Origin: Harriotta raleighana
Lineage: Eukaryota
Assembly: GCA_050575255.1 (NCBI GenBank)
Contig: JBNZDD010013602.1
Location: forward strand, 96,333-160,332
DNA: 64,000 nt
Direction of reading: 5' to 3'
Shown: positions 28,654-42,759 of the stretch, piece by piece
Numbering within the stretch: position 1 is the stretch's first letter
Layout: each line of letters opens with the position of its first letter
Translations under genes and position numbers: made by a program
Notes under the pieces: generated by a model
The model's database searches: none
Told to the model about the DNA's origin: nothing
The model's input: the letters and a program-made list of their open reading frames with translations, nothing else

Positions 28654-30559
28654 GGGTTTGTCTACACAAGGCAAATATATGTTTCAGACAGCTATATACA
28701 AATAATGTGATGCACCCACTCCCAGGAAACCACACTCACCACATCCCAACACGCGCCTTCACACGTTCCGCTGACATCATATTCCAACAAATGCAACAAC
28801 AGCAGCAACAAAATCACACTTAAAATGCAAGGATTATTATTATTATTATTACCTAAGTATATGACATCATCTTCATCGACTGTAACACAGAACACAATGG
28901 ATTAGGTGAATTCATCACAGATTCCTCACAACTCTCACCAACCATACAACATTTAAATGGATATAGCCCATTATTCTCTTGTGGATATTATTATTCCTAC
29001 ATACAAATGCAAGGATTATTATTATTAAGTGGGAATGTATCCCTCGAACTAAGCAAAGCTTGACAAGACAGCACAGTGGGCTCCCCACTCTATGTGTCTC
29101 TCTCTCCTGCAATCACAGCAGTCACACAGCAAACCTTTCCCTGTTCTGGAGAGATGTCATTGAGGATAACAGCTTAGTTTTAGTTACTTACCAGACACAC
29201 TGGAATTAACTGAGTCTTCATCTAAAGTCACTGTGTCAAACGTATCGACCATTGACCTGAAATTCATTCTGTGTCGAGGCTGAAAGAATATGGAAAGTCG
29301 GGTTGAAAAAACAATATTTTTTTTCTGCAGAAAGTTAGTTAGTTTCCTCTGAAGTTTAAAAAAAAATTAGTTAATGCTAGGATTTCTGGGAATGACTGAG
29401 GGAGACTGAGGTTGGATCCCTGTTGCCCTTTGGCAATTTGCCAACGAGAGACTCGGTGAAGCTGCTTGGGATGCCCAAACCCAAGAGGGAAAGCCCAAAC
29501 CCAAGAGGGAAGGTGATCGATCAGTCAATCATCAATCAATCANCTGGCAATTTGCCAACGAGAGACTCGGTGAAGCTGCTTGGGATGCCCAAACCCAAGA
29601 GGGAAGGTGATCGATCAGTCAATCATCAATCAATCAATCATTAGTCAATCAGCCTATGCTGCTCGCACTCTTTCCCTCAACTGACTTGAGCATAAGTTGC
29701 CAGGAAATTGTTCTCATGTCTTCCAGCTCTAGTTTCTCACCACTGATAAAGTGCAAGTGGAAACTCAGTACAGTGGCTGGTGTGTGTGGAGGGAGGATGG
29801 GGAGTGGGTGCGGGAGGGGTGTGCCTTCTTGGAATTGGGTTCAAAGAACAAGAATCAATCAAATCTTCTCTTACTTCCTGATTATTTGTTAACCCTTACC
29901 TATCCCACACAGCAATAACAGTTCCACCTGCTGTATTTGATATATATGACGCTTTGCGGGTTGGGGAGGGTATTTGGTTTTGATCAGGACCCGTGTCTAA
30001 GCGAGCACTGCGCACGAGGATTGGGCCATTGCTTTTATGGACTTTTCGCCTGTAAAATAAGAGGTCAATTTACTTTACGGTGTATCCTGTAAATCGCTTT
30101 GGGGTGTCTTGATAAGGTATATGACTCTTGATCTCCAGCGTGTGAGGTCTCAATCACTTGTTAGATGTCAGATGAGAAACTAATGACTCTCCTGCTGGGG
30201 ATGGGGGGAGGGGAGGAGGAGGGTGGGGTGTAGATAAACAAGGACTGCTTATGCTTGCTCCAAAGTCACCCACTTGACAACTGAATGTCACAATCCGGAA
30301 TATAAACTCTTACAAAGAACGACAGTCTTTGACTGATTCACTGACTGAAACCAATCATTTTTGAAAAAGTGTTCAGTCAGTCATAGACCCTCAATTCCCT
30401 CTCCAAGTGATAAGACATTCCTCGCCCCCTCCGTGTGAACAAGTGAGGTTCTTTCCACTGTCGTCCCCACTCCCCCCACTGCTGCTGTGTTCGATGATGT
30501 TATTCCCCAGGTAGGGAGGACACAGAGAGGTTTGGGGTGCGAATGTGCAGTCTATCATG

Positions 30560-30628
30560 GAGTCCGGCAGCTCGTTGAGTAGAGCACTCACCTTGCAAGT
30601 GAGAGACCCGGGTTCAATTCCCATGGAA
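30560..30628 (+). mobile_element. tRNA-derived SINE head
   Basis: A-box-like agctcgttgagtagagc, anticodon-arm-like ctcaccttgcaagtgag and B-box ggttcaattcc; the acceptor stem is poor, so a functional tRNA is unlikely. Confidence 0.5.
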
Positions 30629-30724
30629 ACAGAGTTCACCACCCCACCCCTGCTACTTGTATAAATCTCTCATATCAAATCCAGCAGGAGGGGCAGGTGG
30701 TTAAGAGAAGATTCAAACACAAAC

Positions 30725-30900
30725 AAAACACAAAATACTACAGATGCTGAGAATCCGAAACAAAAACAGAAGTTGCTGGGCAAACTCAGCAGGTCAGGCA
30801 GCAGTTCTGATGAGAGGTCGTGGACCCGAAACGTTGACTCACTTTCTGTTCTCCATGGATGCTGCCTGAGTTTCCCCAGCACCTTCTGTTTTTGTAGCAA
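30725..30900 (+). mobile_element. Palindromic repeat (Penelope-like derivative) containing a minimal hammerhead-ribozyme-like motif
   Basis: Arms acaaaaacagaagttgctgggcaaactcag and ctgagtttccccagcaccttctgtttttgt flank CTGATGA-ga-ggtc-gtg-gacc-c-GAAACGTT. Confidence 0.55.
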
Positions 30901-32539
30901 GAGAAGGGTTGATTAACTAGGTCGGNGTTTCCCCAGCAACTTCTGTTTTTGTAGCAAGAGAAGGGTTGATTAACTAGGTCGGTGTAGTTAATCATTCCTT
31001 GCTCTTCAAACACAATTCCTAGAAGACACCCCCAGCCCCTCCCACACACACACACACACACTCAGCCTCTGTATGTCCACTCATCACTGGTTAGAANACC
31101 CAGCCCCCAGCCCCTCCCACACACACACACACTCAGCCTCTGTATGTCCACTCATCACTGGTTAGAAACTAGAGCTGGAAGGAATGAAAACAATTTCCTT
31201 CAAACTTGTGTTCATGTCAGTTGAGGCGGAGTGGGTGCGAACAGCATGCACACTGCGTGTAGGCTGATTGATTCATGATTGATCGATCGATCACCTTCCC
31301 GCTTGGTTAACTGCTGCTGTGGCTGAGGAAATTGTTTTGGACCCGAGTTTAACCCTGCGGAGAGGTTTCAGGTTTCATCCCAGGCAGCTTCACTGAGTCT
31401 CTCGTGGGCAAATTCCCAGATCTGTGGGGAAAACTAACTTTCTGCAGAAAAATACATTGTTTTTTCAATCGACTTTCAGCCTCAACACAGAATGAGTTTC
31501 AGGCACATGAAACCGGTTGATACGTTCGACCCAATGACTTTAGTTCAAGCCCCAATTAAACCCAGTACCACCGGTAAGTAACTAAACTGTTACCTTCTAA
31601 TGACATCTCTCCAGAACAGGGAAAGGTTTTGCTGTGTGACTGCTGTGATTGCAGGAGAGAGTGAGAGCCCACTGTACTCACATGTCAAGCTTTACTTAGT
31701 CAGGTGGATATATTCCCACTTTGTGCAATTCCGGAGAATATTAAACGCATGATGGCAAGGAGCCAAGACTTTGGGATCTCACCAGAGTGTGGGCTGGGTT
31801 GGGTGGCTGGTGGTGGGTGAGGGGGGGAAATCTGCTTGAAACCTCAGAGCATTATGTTAATTTCAGTGTGGAGGGCTGTGTGGTTTCTTGGTAGTGTGTG
31901 CATTACTTTTTTTTCCATAGCTGTCGGAAACATATAAGAACATACAGTAAGAATGTTTGCTTGTGCAGACAAGCCCACGGGAGCCAAGCATAATAAGTCT
32001 GCCAATTTGCTATTCCACTACAGGTATTCTAGGTTCACTAATATTCACTATTCTTCCCCGTGTGCTCCATAAACTGTACAATCTTGCCTTGGTAAACATC
32101 ATTGCAAATGTTGCTCATTCAATTTGATTGAAACTGCCGCTGAAAGTACAGGATTTAGATGAATTTTGTACTCCTGGGATGAGGAATGTGATCTTGCATT
32201 TGTCACGTCAGCATTGTGGTGGATGGTGTGATTTCTTAGTCGGGTGTGAATTACTTTTTTTTATATAGCTGTGTGAAACATATATGTGCCTCAGTGTTGG
32301 CAAGTGTTTGAGGTAGAGACATTAAGAATTCCGTGATTATTAATACAACTCGTGCACATAAATCGAAGTGGATTGAACTTTGTGGTTTCTGATCTCCATG
32401 TCGTCGTGCGTGTTTGTCTTAATATAAAAGGTTCAATATTCTGCTCCTCGAATTGCCTGGACTGAAGGCTCGCCCACTAAAGTTGGGGTGGGTGGGTTGG
32501 GGGACATAGACAGGCCGAAGCCTGCTGAGCAGAGGGAGC

Positions 32540-32840
32540 GGGCAGGCTGGTAGGGGATTAGGTCATAGAGATAGAGGTGGGGGGAGGGGCAGGTCATTTG
32601 AAGGTGAGGAGCAGGATCTTGAATTGAATCCTCTGGGTGATGAAGAGCTAATGGATTCGGGAGAGGATGGGAGAGGTAGGATCATGAAGCTTGGAGCAGT
32701 AGAGGACACTAGCTACAGAGTTCTGGATTATCTGCAATCTATGGAGGGAGGAATTGGGAAAGCCAACAAGCAGGGCGTTGGTGTAGCCAAGTTGGGATGT
32801 GATGAGGGTTTCAGCGGCCTGAGGATGAGGTAGTGGCAGA
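32540..32840 (-). mobile_element. L2-clade LINE 3' fragment
   Basis: Translates to AAETLITSQLGYTNALLVG...LHRLQIIQNSVASVL, a typical L2 ORF2 C-terminus. Confidence 0.7.
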
Positions 32841-33365
32841 GGCCCACTCAAGACTCTCCTCTTCAATGGTCCCATCGGCAACTCCTATTCCCTCCCCCCC
32901 TCCCCCCTCGGTCTCCAGCTCCAGTCTGACACAGTGACAGTCCAGCACCTTGGGATGTCCACCTGATGTGAAAGGCATTATACAAATGTAATTTTGTTGT
33001 TGTTTATTATTTACAATTATAATATAAATCTAAATTTTCAACTTTAATGTCAATTATTATTGTATTTTAGCGGCGAATGAGTGTGGCAGTTTGGAATTGC
33101 TCAAACTGAGTTTTGAATCGGTTTTAAGGGGTTAAGTTTACAGAGTGAAAGAGAAACCAGGCTACTGTCAAACTTCCGCTGGGACTTTGAAGAACACGAA
33201 AGTGGTTTAGAAACACAATCAATGACTTCAGTCCAACAGCTTCTACCATGAACCGAGTAATGAATTGCTGAATTATTCTTTATTCTTATTCTTAAATGAA
33301 CGGTGATTTTATTTATATTCAGCAATCCCTGAGCAATTTCTAGTTTGAGTGCTGCAAATCTCAAG

Positions 33366-36300
33366 ATGGCAGCAGCCCTAGAGACAGAGGTTTGCATTGA
33401 TCTCAGAGCACAGTGGAGGGACTGCCATTCTTTCCCGATTATTATTGATTTCAATACCGAGGAAGACTATAGGGTCCACATAAACCTGTCTGAAACAGTG
33501 GAATGGTTGAAAGAGGAATTGTCGGATATATTGGAAATTCCTCCTTATTCACTTGAGTTATTTTTGGATGAGAAGAGAATGCATGATAACCTAATGCTTT
33601 CTGTCTACGATATCAAGCCGATGAGTACAGTGTTTTGCAAACCAAACAGTGAGTAAAACTAATTTCTGCCCTAAGCTTCAGAAGGAGCCCAGAGCAGCCT
33701 CTGTGTGTGTCTGTTTGTGAGTGCGCATTGTGTGTGTGTGTGTCTTTCTGGGTATGTGTAACTCAATCACCTGTCTGTTTGTGTTGAGTTGAGTGTGTGT
33801 GGATCTCACTGTGTGTATGAAGAATCAAGAATATGTTTTTGACAGCGTGTGAAGCAAAAGACCAAATTGTGAGTGAGACTTGCAATAAACAAGGTAGGAA
33901 GGGTTCTGGGCTATACTGGTTATGCTCCGAGATGCTATCCCTCATGGAAGTTACTATATAAATGTAAGTTGTTGTTGCTGCACTAGGGATGACTACTTGC
34001 CAAAATCTGCACAAAGTCCTGCATCTGCAGCTCGTATCCACAATGCTGCTTGACCGACCACCCTTATTCTGACCTGGCTCTACCCTACTCCTAATGCCTT
34101 GCTCCTCACTACCTCTATGACCTGTTAACTGCATAATGACCTATCCGCACCCTCCACTCAGCAAACTCTAGACTGCTCCATGTCCCCCACCCTACCCTCA
34201 GCACCTTAGGACATCCTCTGACATGAAAGGCGCTCTATAAAAATAATTTTGTTGTTGTTGCCCTCCCCATCCCACCATCAGGGGACGGGCCTTCAGCCAC
34301 GCTTTGGAATTCCATCCCACAGTATCTTCGTCTCGCTCCCTCCCTTGCCTGTTTCAAGGCCACTATCAAGACTCATCTCCTCAACCATGCCTTTAATCTT
34401 AATTTTTAATGTCAATTATTATTGACTTGTAGATGCAAATCAGTGTTACAATTTGCAATTGCTCAACCTAGGTTTGAATCAGTTTAAGGGGTTACGTTTA
34501 GTGTGAAAGAGGGAGGAAACAATACTAATGACCCAAGAGACCCAGAGGGCACATTACATTACTTCCTTATAATAGTTGAGACCGTCAGACTCCATAAATT
34601 TTTTAAAAGAGAAAGTCTTTGAACACATCGGTGTAGCTCCCGAGTTTCAGTCCCTATTGTTTGATGGCATTTATCTGGAGAATGAGAACCGCAGTCTCCG
34701 CGAGTGCGGGATCCAATCGGGATCCACCCTGTGTGTAATGTATGATTCTTTCCTGAGATTGAATCCTTTTCTAATCGAAGAGCAGTCACCTAGATGTATA
34801 GAGGCTCAAGGGGGTAGTTTTCCACTGATATACCATATACCATCCAAATGAGGCCATTAGGCCCATTGTGTCTCTGCCGGCTCTTTGAAAAGTACTGCCA
34901 AATGATTCCCACTCCTCTGTTCTCTCCCCATAGCGAACATTCAGTGCTTTGGGACATCCTCCCTCCGTGAAAGGCACAATGCAAATGTAATTATGTTGTT
35001 GTTGTTCTCCCCAAATAATTATCTACTCCTCTCTTAAAACATTGCCCCCACTCTTTGGATCTCTATCCCACAATATCTTTGCCTCGCTCCCTCCCTTGCC
35101 TCCTTCGAGACCCGTCCCAAGACCCACCTCTTCGACAATGCCTTCTTTCATTCTCTCATCCCCTTCTGCCCGCCTTACCACCCCCTTATTTATTTTATTT
35201 ATTCAAATCTCCTGTGTATTGCTTTGCAGCACAAAGTGGTGCTGAAATGGTGAACTCAGGTAATGTGTGTCATATACTGGGAGCAATTGAGATTCCCAAT
35301 TTGTCAACTAATTCAAGCAACTCATTATAATGGATCTTTCTGTGTGATACATCTTTTACCTGCTCTCGACGCAAATACAAAAAGTTTCTTACACAATCCA
35401 CGATATTCTCATCGATGTCAAATAAAGTATTTTTGTTGTGGTTGAGAGTAAGCAGCTGATGCTGAATAATCCTGGTACATGGCATTGGTGTTGAACATCA
35501 AGGTGGCTGACATGTCAGAATCTGCCTTGCAAAGGTCCTCCCACCATTCTGAAGGCAAATGTCCATCAAATAGAGGAAACGGTGATGCATGTTCATGTTT
35601 GTTTGCCTTTTCATTAGAAGTTATTGATAACTACAACAACTTGCACTTATACAGTGCCCTCCATGCATGGTAGCATCTCGGAGCGCTCTTAACGGTGGGG
35701 CAGAGCCTGTGGGGGAAGAGGTGACCAAAGCACAATCGAAAAGGAAGGTTTTCACGCGGGACTTGAAAAAGGGATGAGAGGGGGACAAGGTGGAGGGATT
35801 GAGTGTTCCAGAGACTTAAGGGCGTAGTGACTGAAAGCACAACCCACAATGGTGGAGAGGAGAGTGCGAATGACAAGCTGGAGGCCGGGGCCAGTTGAGT
35901 GGAATTTAAATAAAATTACGACACATGTGATACATACAGAATAATGCTTTTCTTCTCTGTACATTCTCCATATATCTGTTTTATTGTTAATAATTCAAGA
36001 ATTTGTCAGGCATTTATTCTAATCTCCTGTGTATTGCTTTGCAGCACAAGGTGGTGCTGAAATGGTGAACTCAGGTAATGTGTGTCTTATATTGGGAGCA
36101 ATTCAGATTGCTAATTTGTCAACTAATTCAAGCAACTCATTAGAACAGATCTTTCTGTGTGATACATCTTTTACCTGGTCTTGACACAAATATTAAAAAG
36201 TTTCTTCCACCATCCATGATATTCTCATAGATTTAAAATAAAAGTATCACTCTCCTTGGTTGCTCATTTTAACTCGTGGAGCCCATACAGAACCACGTCA

Positions 36301-39300
36301 TTTGTTTCAACTCTCTGAGGCTTGGGGCAACAAGTTCGTGAATACACATTCTTACATTCAACACTTGAAATCCACCTTGATTGGTGTAATATGGCATTGA
36401 CAAAAAGTCATTTATGAAATCAAGTCATTGTGATTTTCTTGCTTAAACAAAAACTTTCCTTCGCATTCTTTCAGGTACAATTGAAGGCATTGTAACAGGT
36501 AATCATGTGTTGCTATTTAACATCAAAATTAAAGAATTTTACTTATGAGGAATGTATGGAAATTATGAAAGGTGACGAACATAGTTTGTTGTATTTTCTG
36601 CATCCTTACTCTGAGGACCAGACCTTTTTTCTAATGAATTTAAAAATCTGCATGGAGAAACAATTTTCCAACTAAGAAAATTTTTAAGGAACATGTGAAA
36701 CCTGAGCAATTTTAACATTTAGAGCATTTTGTGTGTAGAAACTCTGGGAACTTGATGGCTTTCTGTATTGAAAGGATTCATTCAATGTTATTAGTATGTT
36801 TCCTGATGTGACAATGTTAAAATAAAAAGTACAAATACTTCTGTGCTCAACTAGCTCTGCGACAAGTAATAATAATAATTGTCTTTAGAGTTCTTGCTGA
36901 GTCAGTTCTGAGGACTGAGCTGAGTACAGAAAAGTATTTTAGTCTCCACCCATCAAAAATGTGGAATAGATTTATTGTTGGATGCAGAAATCTATAGCTT
37001 GACATGGGTGGTATAAAATATGAAGCTTACATTCCTTCAAACATTAAAATTATTATCTTTGAGTAGAGCAGAATGCTGAACATTTTTCCACATATGAAAT
37101 AGTACCTGGATTTATTCTGTTAATATTGATAAAATTACTAATGTACAGATTTATTTCAGATTGGGAACCTTACAAAGAATCTGAAGCTATGAGTCAATCA
37201 GGTATCTGAATTCCTTGTTTTATAAAATCATTAATTAAAGTTGCTGATAGGTTAAAACAATTCACTTTACAGTATATTCTGTGAAGTGCTTTGAGACGTC
37301 TAGAAGACATGAAAAGCACTATATCGAATGGAAGGATTATAATTATTATATAACTTTTCATCTTGCCCAGGAATTGAACCCAATTCCTCTCATTTGTGAG
37401 CATTGTTCTAACCACTAAACTATGGGGCTTTGATTGAATTGCAAGAAAGTAATATGCAGTATTCACAAGGATAGGGAAAACTAAAAGGTTGATTTTCCTT
37501 TTTTTGAATGATTACAATCTCCTGCAATAAGAAGCTTTTTCCATTTTTCAAAGAAAAGTTGAAAAGTTTTGTTACTTTCTGTGAATATTGTTGGGTACTA
37601 AAAGTAGTAACACCACTAAGTGAATCCAGTGTTGTTGTACATCAGTTTAAAATGAGAAGGAGCAGGTTCCACTGATTCGTATTATTCTACTTTATTAAGA
37701 TGGACAGGAGAGAAGGCCATTCAGGGAATTTGAGAAATACAAAAGAATTTCTTGTGAGCTTTGTCAAGACGAGGTAAGTGCATAAGCAGCAGATTCTTTC
37801 ACCGTTTCCAGTTAACAGTGAGTTGTTGTGACATATCTCTCCGTGTTCCCTTCAAGGACTCATTGGAATGGATTGTGGTGGAACCCAATGTTCTTTCAGA
37901 AGCTGAGATGGTTTTCAGGTAAAATATCAAAAATAACGCCGAATGATTAGAACTGGTGTGGAATTGCAATAATTGTTTAAACATTTCTCTTCAGGATTTC
38001 TCTTCCAGGTAAAGGCTATTACGAATGTGCTGTAACCAGACTGAGATGGGAAACCAAGAAAGAAACTACCATTAGCTACAGATATAGCTCCTGGGATGAT
38101 TTACATTTAAAAAAACATTTACGTAGAGACGTGAAATATTTAGGCCCATTGTTTAATTTCAACGCAAAGAATGAAGAGATTGCAGCTATTCACCTGCCTC
38201 ATTTTGTTTGTCTGAAAGGTAATTTGCTAACTTTCAAAATCCTTCTAGGTAGACTTATTTTGATTTGCAACATAAAAAATTGAAAATATCAGCCTTGCTT
38301 AGGGGTCAGATTGGCTCAGTTAGTAGCACTTTCATATCTGAGTCATAACTTTATCTGTACAAGCATCACTTTGGGACAGCTACATTATCTGAGACGTCAC
38401 CCTTTGGATGAGATGTTTCCTGTTCAGGAACATATTTAAGATCCATGGCCCTATTCGTAAAGAGTATGGAATTTCTTGTGATGTCCCAACAAGATCCTAG
38501 ATACTTCATGACTGTTTGTGCAACATTGCAGTGCAAAAGTCAGTTGCATGTTTGACTGCAAATATGCAGTCATTGCACCTTACAGTAAATTTTGTGAATC
38601 ATAGACTTTGATAACATGCTATGCTGATATATTAAATATATGGATTATTATTAACAACAAAATTGCATTTATAGAACTCCTTTCACATCGGGGGGACATC
38701 CCAAGGCACTGAAAAAACATTACTGAGAACCATCAGCCAACATTTAATAAATAGTAATAATCATCATCCTTAGCATCCCTCACATTGGATTGATCTGTCA
38801 AAGCGCTTCAGAGGATATACTGTAAAGTGCAGTGATTGTATGTTTCACAAACAACCATGAAGTGAGTGACCAATTTTATTTGGGGCTTTGTTGGTCAAGA
38901 CATCGGGAGAAACTCTTTTCAATTAGTGTCATGCGATCTTTAATGTCCATCTGAACAGGCAGACAGGACATTGGTTTAACATCTCATTTAATACAAAATG
39001 CAATAAACTGCAATCCCATTAATATTTATCACTCAAAAACACTTGTTGGAAAGAACTAAAGTACTTAAAATATCTTCTAACTTGTGACATTTTATGCAGA
39101 ATTATTGGCTTTATTCCCCAAGTGGGGAAAAAAATATATAGTACATATTCATAATTGCTCTACACTCAATGTGCCTTTCACATATGTGAAAACAAATTTA
39201 ATACTGATTTACAATTACCTCCAGTTTGTAGTGTTTTAACTTGCATTTAGTTCATTCACTTTATACTGTTGTAGTTTGTTAAAATATATAAACCTTTATA

Positions 39301-42136
39301 AACCTGCTAACATATATAAATAAATCTTTCACTGTGGTATGTAGAGTCAAAGTACGTACCATTCTTTGAGATTTTTAATTTGTAAAATACTGAATTTTCA
39401 CTAAAATTAATATTGATTCAAGACCCCCGCTCCAGTTTGTCCTGTTTTAACAAATACTTGCATTTAGTTCATTCACTTTGAATCGTTGAGGTTTGTTAAA
39501 ATATGTAAAGTTTATAAACCTGTTAACAAATATAAACCTTTAATTGTTGTATGCAGGGTCAGGGAATGTGCCATCCTTTGAGATTTTTCATTTAAAAAAT
39601 ACTGAATATTCACTAATGACTCCAACAACAATTGGTGCAACGCATGTGGAATTGAAAAACCCAAGCTTTTCTCTCATGGGTGTCATGTCTCACATATTGG
39701 CTTGGTTTCAAATTCACACTGTGGGAATCATTTATCAAACACTGACTGCTGAAGATGTAACGCTCCATGTCTACATTTTACCAAACGACTTATCAATACT
39801 GAAGGTATTTTCTTATTTTGAAAACCGTCTTCTACAGTCTCTGAACAACATGTACATTCAGCTGACAACACAGTCATGTCAACCTGGCTCAGTGGTCGAC
39901 TCAGATTTAGAGGGTTGTGGATTCAAGCATTAGAATCATATAGTCGCAGCTGACACTCCAATCTCGACAAAGTGATGCAGCACTATATCAAATGCAAGGA
40001 TTATTATTTGTTATATCTTGTTCTAGACAGTTCAGATGCAGGAAACAAATTCTGGAAAAATTGAAAAGCCTCCACAGATCAAGTCATTACATTACGGACA
40101 AGAGTATTCACTGCAAAGCCCTTCTAGTGTTGAAATTTCTCCATCAGTAAGTACTATCATATCATACTTTGAGGAACTAATTTCTCCATTGTTTCCCGAA
40201 CCAGTTCCCCCACAAATCATTGTCCTCTGTGTGTTGCAGGCTGTAACTCTGCATTACCTGAGCTGTAAGCAACACCAACAGTACTATGAAGTATACTGTG
40301 AAGATCAGAATACCAACATTGAGTTACAGCTGACTAAGTTAGACAGGACGAATGCTTTGTGGACAGTTAAGTTGAGAAAAAGTAAGTATTAGAGAAGTGA
40401 TCACTGTAGAAACATTAGGAACATATAATTAGTGCTAAAATCCCAAATCAGAAGCCCCAATTATAGTTGACTCCCAGAGCTTGCTTCTGATTATCATCAT
40501 CATCAAAGAGATCTACAAAATCATTAAAGAAATTTGCATGATTGGCTGTGAAGTCCATCAGAAGCTCTAAACTTCCTCCAACCTCATCCAGGTCCACATA
40601 CTGGCATGTTCTATCAGGGAACATCTCATCCACTACCATTGCTCAATTCAAACGGCTTTCCCTCAGAGATCAGAGAACTTTTAAGTAGTCACGAATAAAA
40701 GCCCAATACTTTGCTGCACAATACCCTTCTAGACATTTATTACTATGCCTTAACGACTGTACCTTTTTATTCCCCTTAGAGGATCTTCGCGTTTCAAACA
40801 AACAAGGTGGAACAAGAGGTAGATATTTTCCGCAACATACTTCAAATGAATTGTCGTTACAAGTTAAGAAATAATTAATTTGACTAGTATAAGAGAGAGA
40901 AAGACCAGAAGTAATAAATAATCAGAGAGAAAGAGAAAAATTGCTTGTGAGAGGGAGTCAAAAGGTTGAATTGAATGAAGAAAGCATCTCTTCCTTCCAG
41001 AACACTCCTACTATCCTCTATTGCAGCATTAAGATGATTTTTAAATCAGTTCAGCCTTTTCCTATCTGACATCCGGAGAACCTTTCCAGGCATTCACAGC
41101 CTCTGATCAATGAAAAACTTCTGTGGTAATGGTCGTGAAATTACTCTTTAGATCTAGACCCACCAACCACAATTGGCTTTATAAATAAAACAACTGTTTA
41201 TTAATATCAATATTCAAAAATAAATCTACTTTTCATCAAATTTATTTAAATTTTCTGGATCAAATCCCCAAACTTTTTTTGTGGATTAGAAACTATCTTT
41301 ATTGGTTCTCAAAATATATTTGCATTTTCAGCAAAAGCCAAACCAAATATATTTCTCTCGTACAATACTTTAGTTACGGCCACACATCACTCATGTGTAA
41401 AGTAGGCAACATATTTGTAGTCATGATGAATGAATAGCCTTTTACTGAAGTTTTGTAATTTTTTCCTTTTCTTCAGATGTGCCTGACGGAAGCATAAATG
41501 GTAAGTCCAAATATATCACCAGATAAGCTTCTGATCCATCCATCCATCCATCCACCCACCACCCATCTAATTTTTTTAACATATCCATTCTAGCAGAGAT
41601 AACTAAATGGAAATGAGGAAGTGTCGCCACTTCCCCGAATCCCCCCCACCCTGCCCCCTGAACCAAGGACAATTCTAATATTCTAGCAATTAGCTATTTT
41701 AAATCATCAAATAGTGCCAAAGATTTGGAAATGTTATGACATCAAAACAAATAAAATACAAATGAAGAATGAAACTAACATAATAGAAATGCTTTATTTT
41801 GATTGCATGTGGCTACTTAAGGATGTGTTCTGAGTTACATGCAGAAACTGTCTCTAATACAGAACTATTTCTACAGATGTGGAGTTTGTGAAGCGGCACA
41901 GAACACGCATCATTGAGAGACTTGGAGTAATTAACCCTATCCTTAGATATTTGATCGAAGCAGCTGTGATTAACGAGGATGAACAGGAGAAAATTCTTTC
42001 CACATCAACAAGATCAGAAAAGAATCAGGCACTGATGCAAATAGTAATGAGCAAAGGAATACATGCCCAAAAGGAGCTTTACAGAGCAATGGAGAAAATT
42101 GATCCCTACCTTGTAGAGGATCTCAAGAATTTCTAG
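33366..42136 (+). CDS. Gene C: UBL-FIIND-CARD protein (~513 aa)
   Basis: Exons 33366-33648 (UBL: [49 protein letters not shown]), 36475-36498, 37160-37201, 37700-37773, 37857-37918, 37995-38218, 39557-39804 ([14 protein letters not shown]), 40027-40146, 40240-40381, 40780-40818, 41477-41500 and 41877-42136 (CARD). Total 1542 nt, in frame. Confidence 0.82.
34400..34800 (+). pseudogene. Truncated intronic copy of a UBL cassette (homologous to the first UBL of gene D)
   Basis: [53 protein letters not shown] matches 45822-46080. The upstream UTR-like block matches 33030 and 45500. No ATG exon start or donor was found. Confidence 0.65.
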
Positions 42137-42759
42137 CTCCAACACATTTCTGGGATGTAGTGTTTCTGGTCTGAATGTCTTGGTGTTTCTTCTAACACCA
42201 ATCCTTCATGGTATCCTTTACCATGTGGGACCATGGTTGATTCACTTCTCAATGCAAAGTGTATGTGGTCCATGAGGGTTTCCTTAAACCACATTGCTTC
42301 TCTCTGTTTGAGTTTCTTTGCTCCTTGTCTCTATCAAGCCTAATGTTCTGCCTGCTTTGCTGATGGCCTTTGAGTTTTGTAATAGTCACATTAATTAACT
42401 TTACACTTGCGATTCTGAGCTCCGCTTCAATATTTTCTTATCATTTTACATATTGAAGGATTAGCCAATATATGTTCTATATTATAAACGATGTGTTAGT
42501 CAGTATCTAAGTGTTGCATCATCCATCCATCAGTCTCCAACAATCACATGCCACTCTACCAGGGAGCCTTTTATACTGTGTTCCAGATACTGTTTTTTTT
42601 CTCAGGATATATCTTCACTCTAAAGAAAAAGAGCTCAGTGACTACTTATCCAGTTTATTTGTTAAAACATGTTTAAATCCAGTATGCATATGTAAGTTTA
42701 TGTACATACATATTCGTGCATAAATATGTTATTTTTTATTACTATATTACTGCACTTCT

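Larger units (their letters stand above)
28425..32190. repeat. Large imperfect inverted duplication (arms ~28425-29855 and ~30995-32190) between head-to-head genes B and C
   Basis: Reverse-complement matches, e.g. ttttctgcagaaagttagtt/aactaactttctgcagaaaa; ccctgttctggagagatgtcatt/aatgacatctctccagaacaggg; acaaaattcatctaaat/atttagatgaattttgt. Confidence 0.85.

Noticed and set aside
30560-30628. Functional tRNA-Ala(TGC) gene
   Set aside because: The acceptor stem does not pair well; better explained as a SINE head.
29423-31170. Short direct duplications around single n characters (also at 47362, 47509, 48329, 48555, 48946, 63521)
   Set aside because: The pattern is that of overlapping contig ends joined by n; an assembly artefact, not biological repeats.
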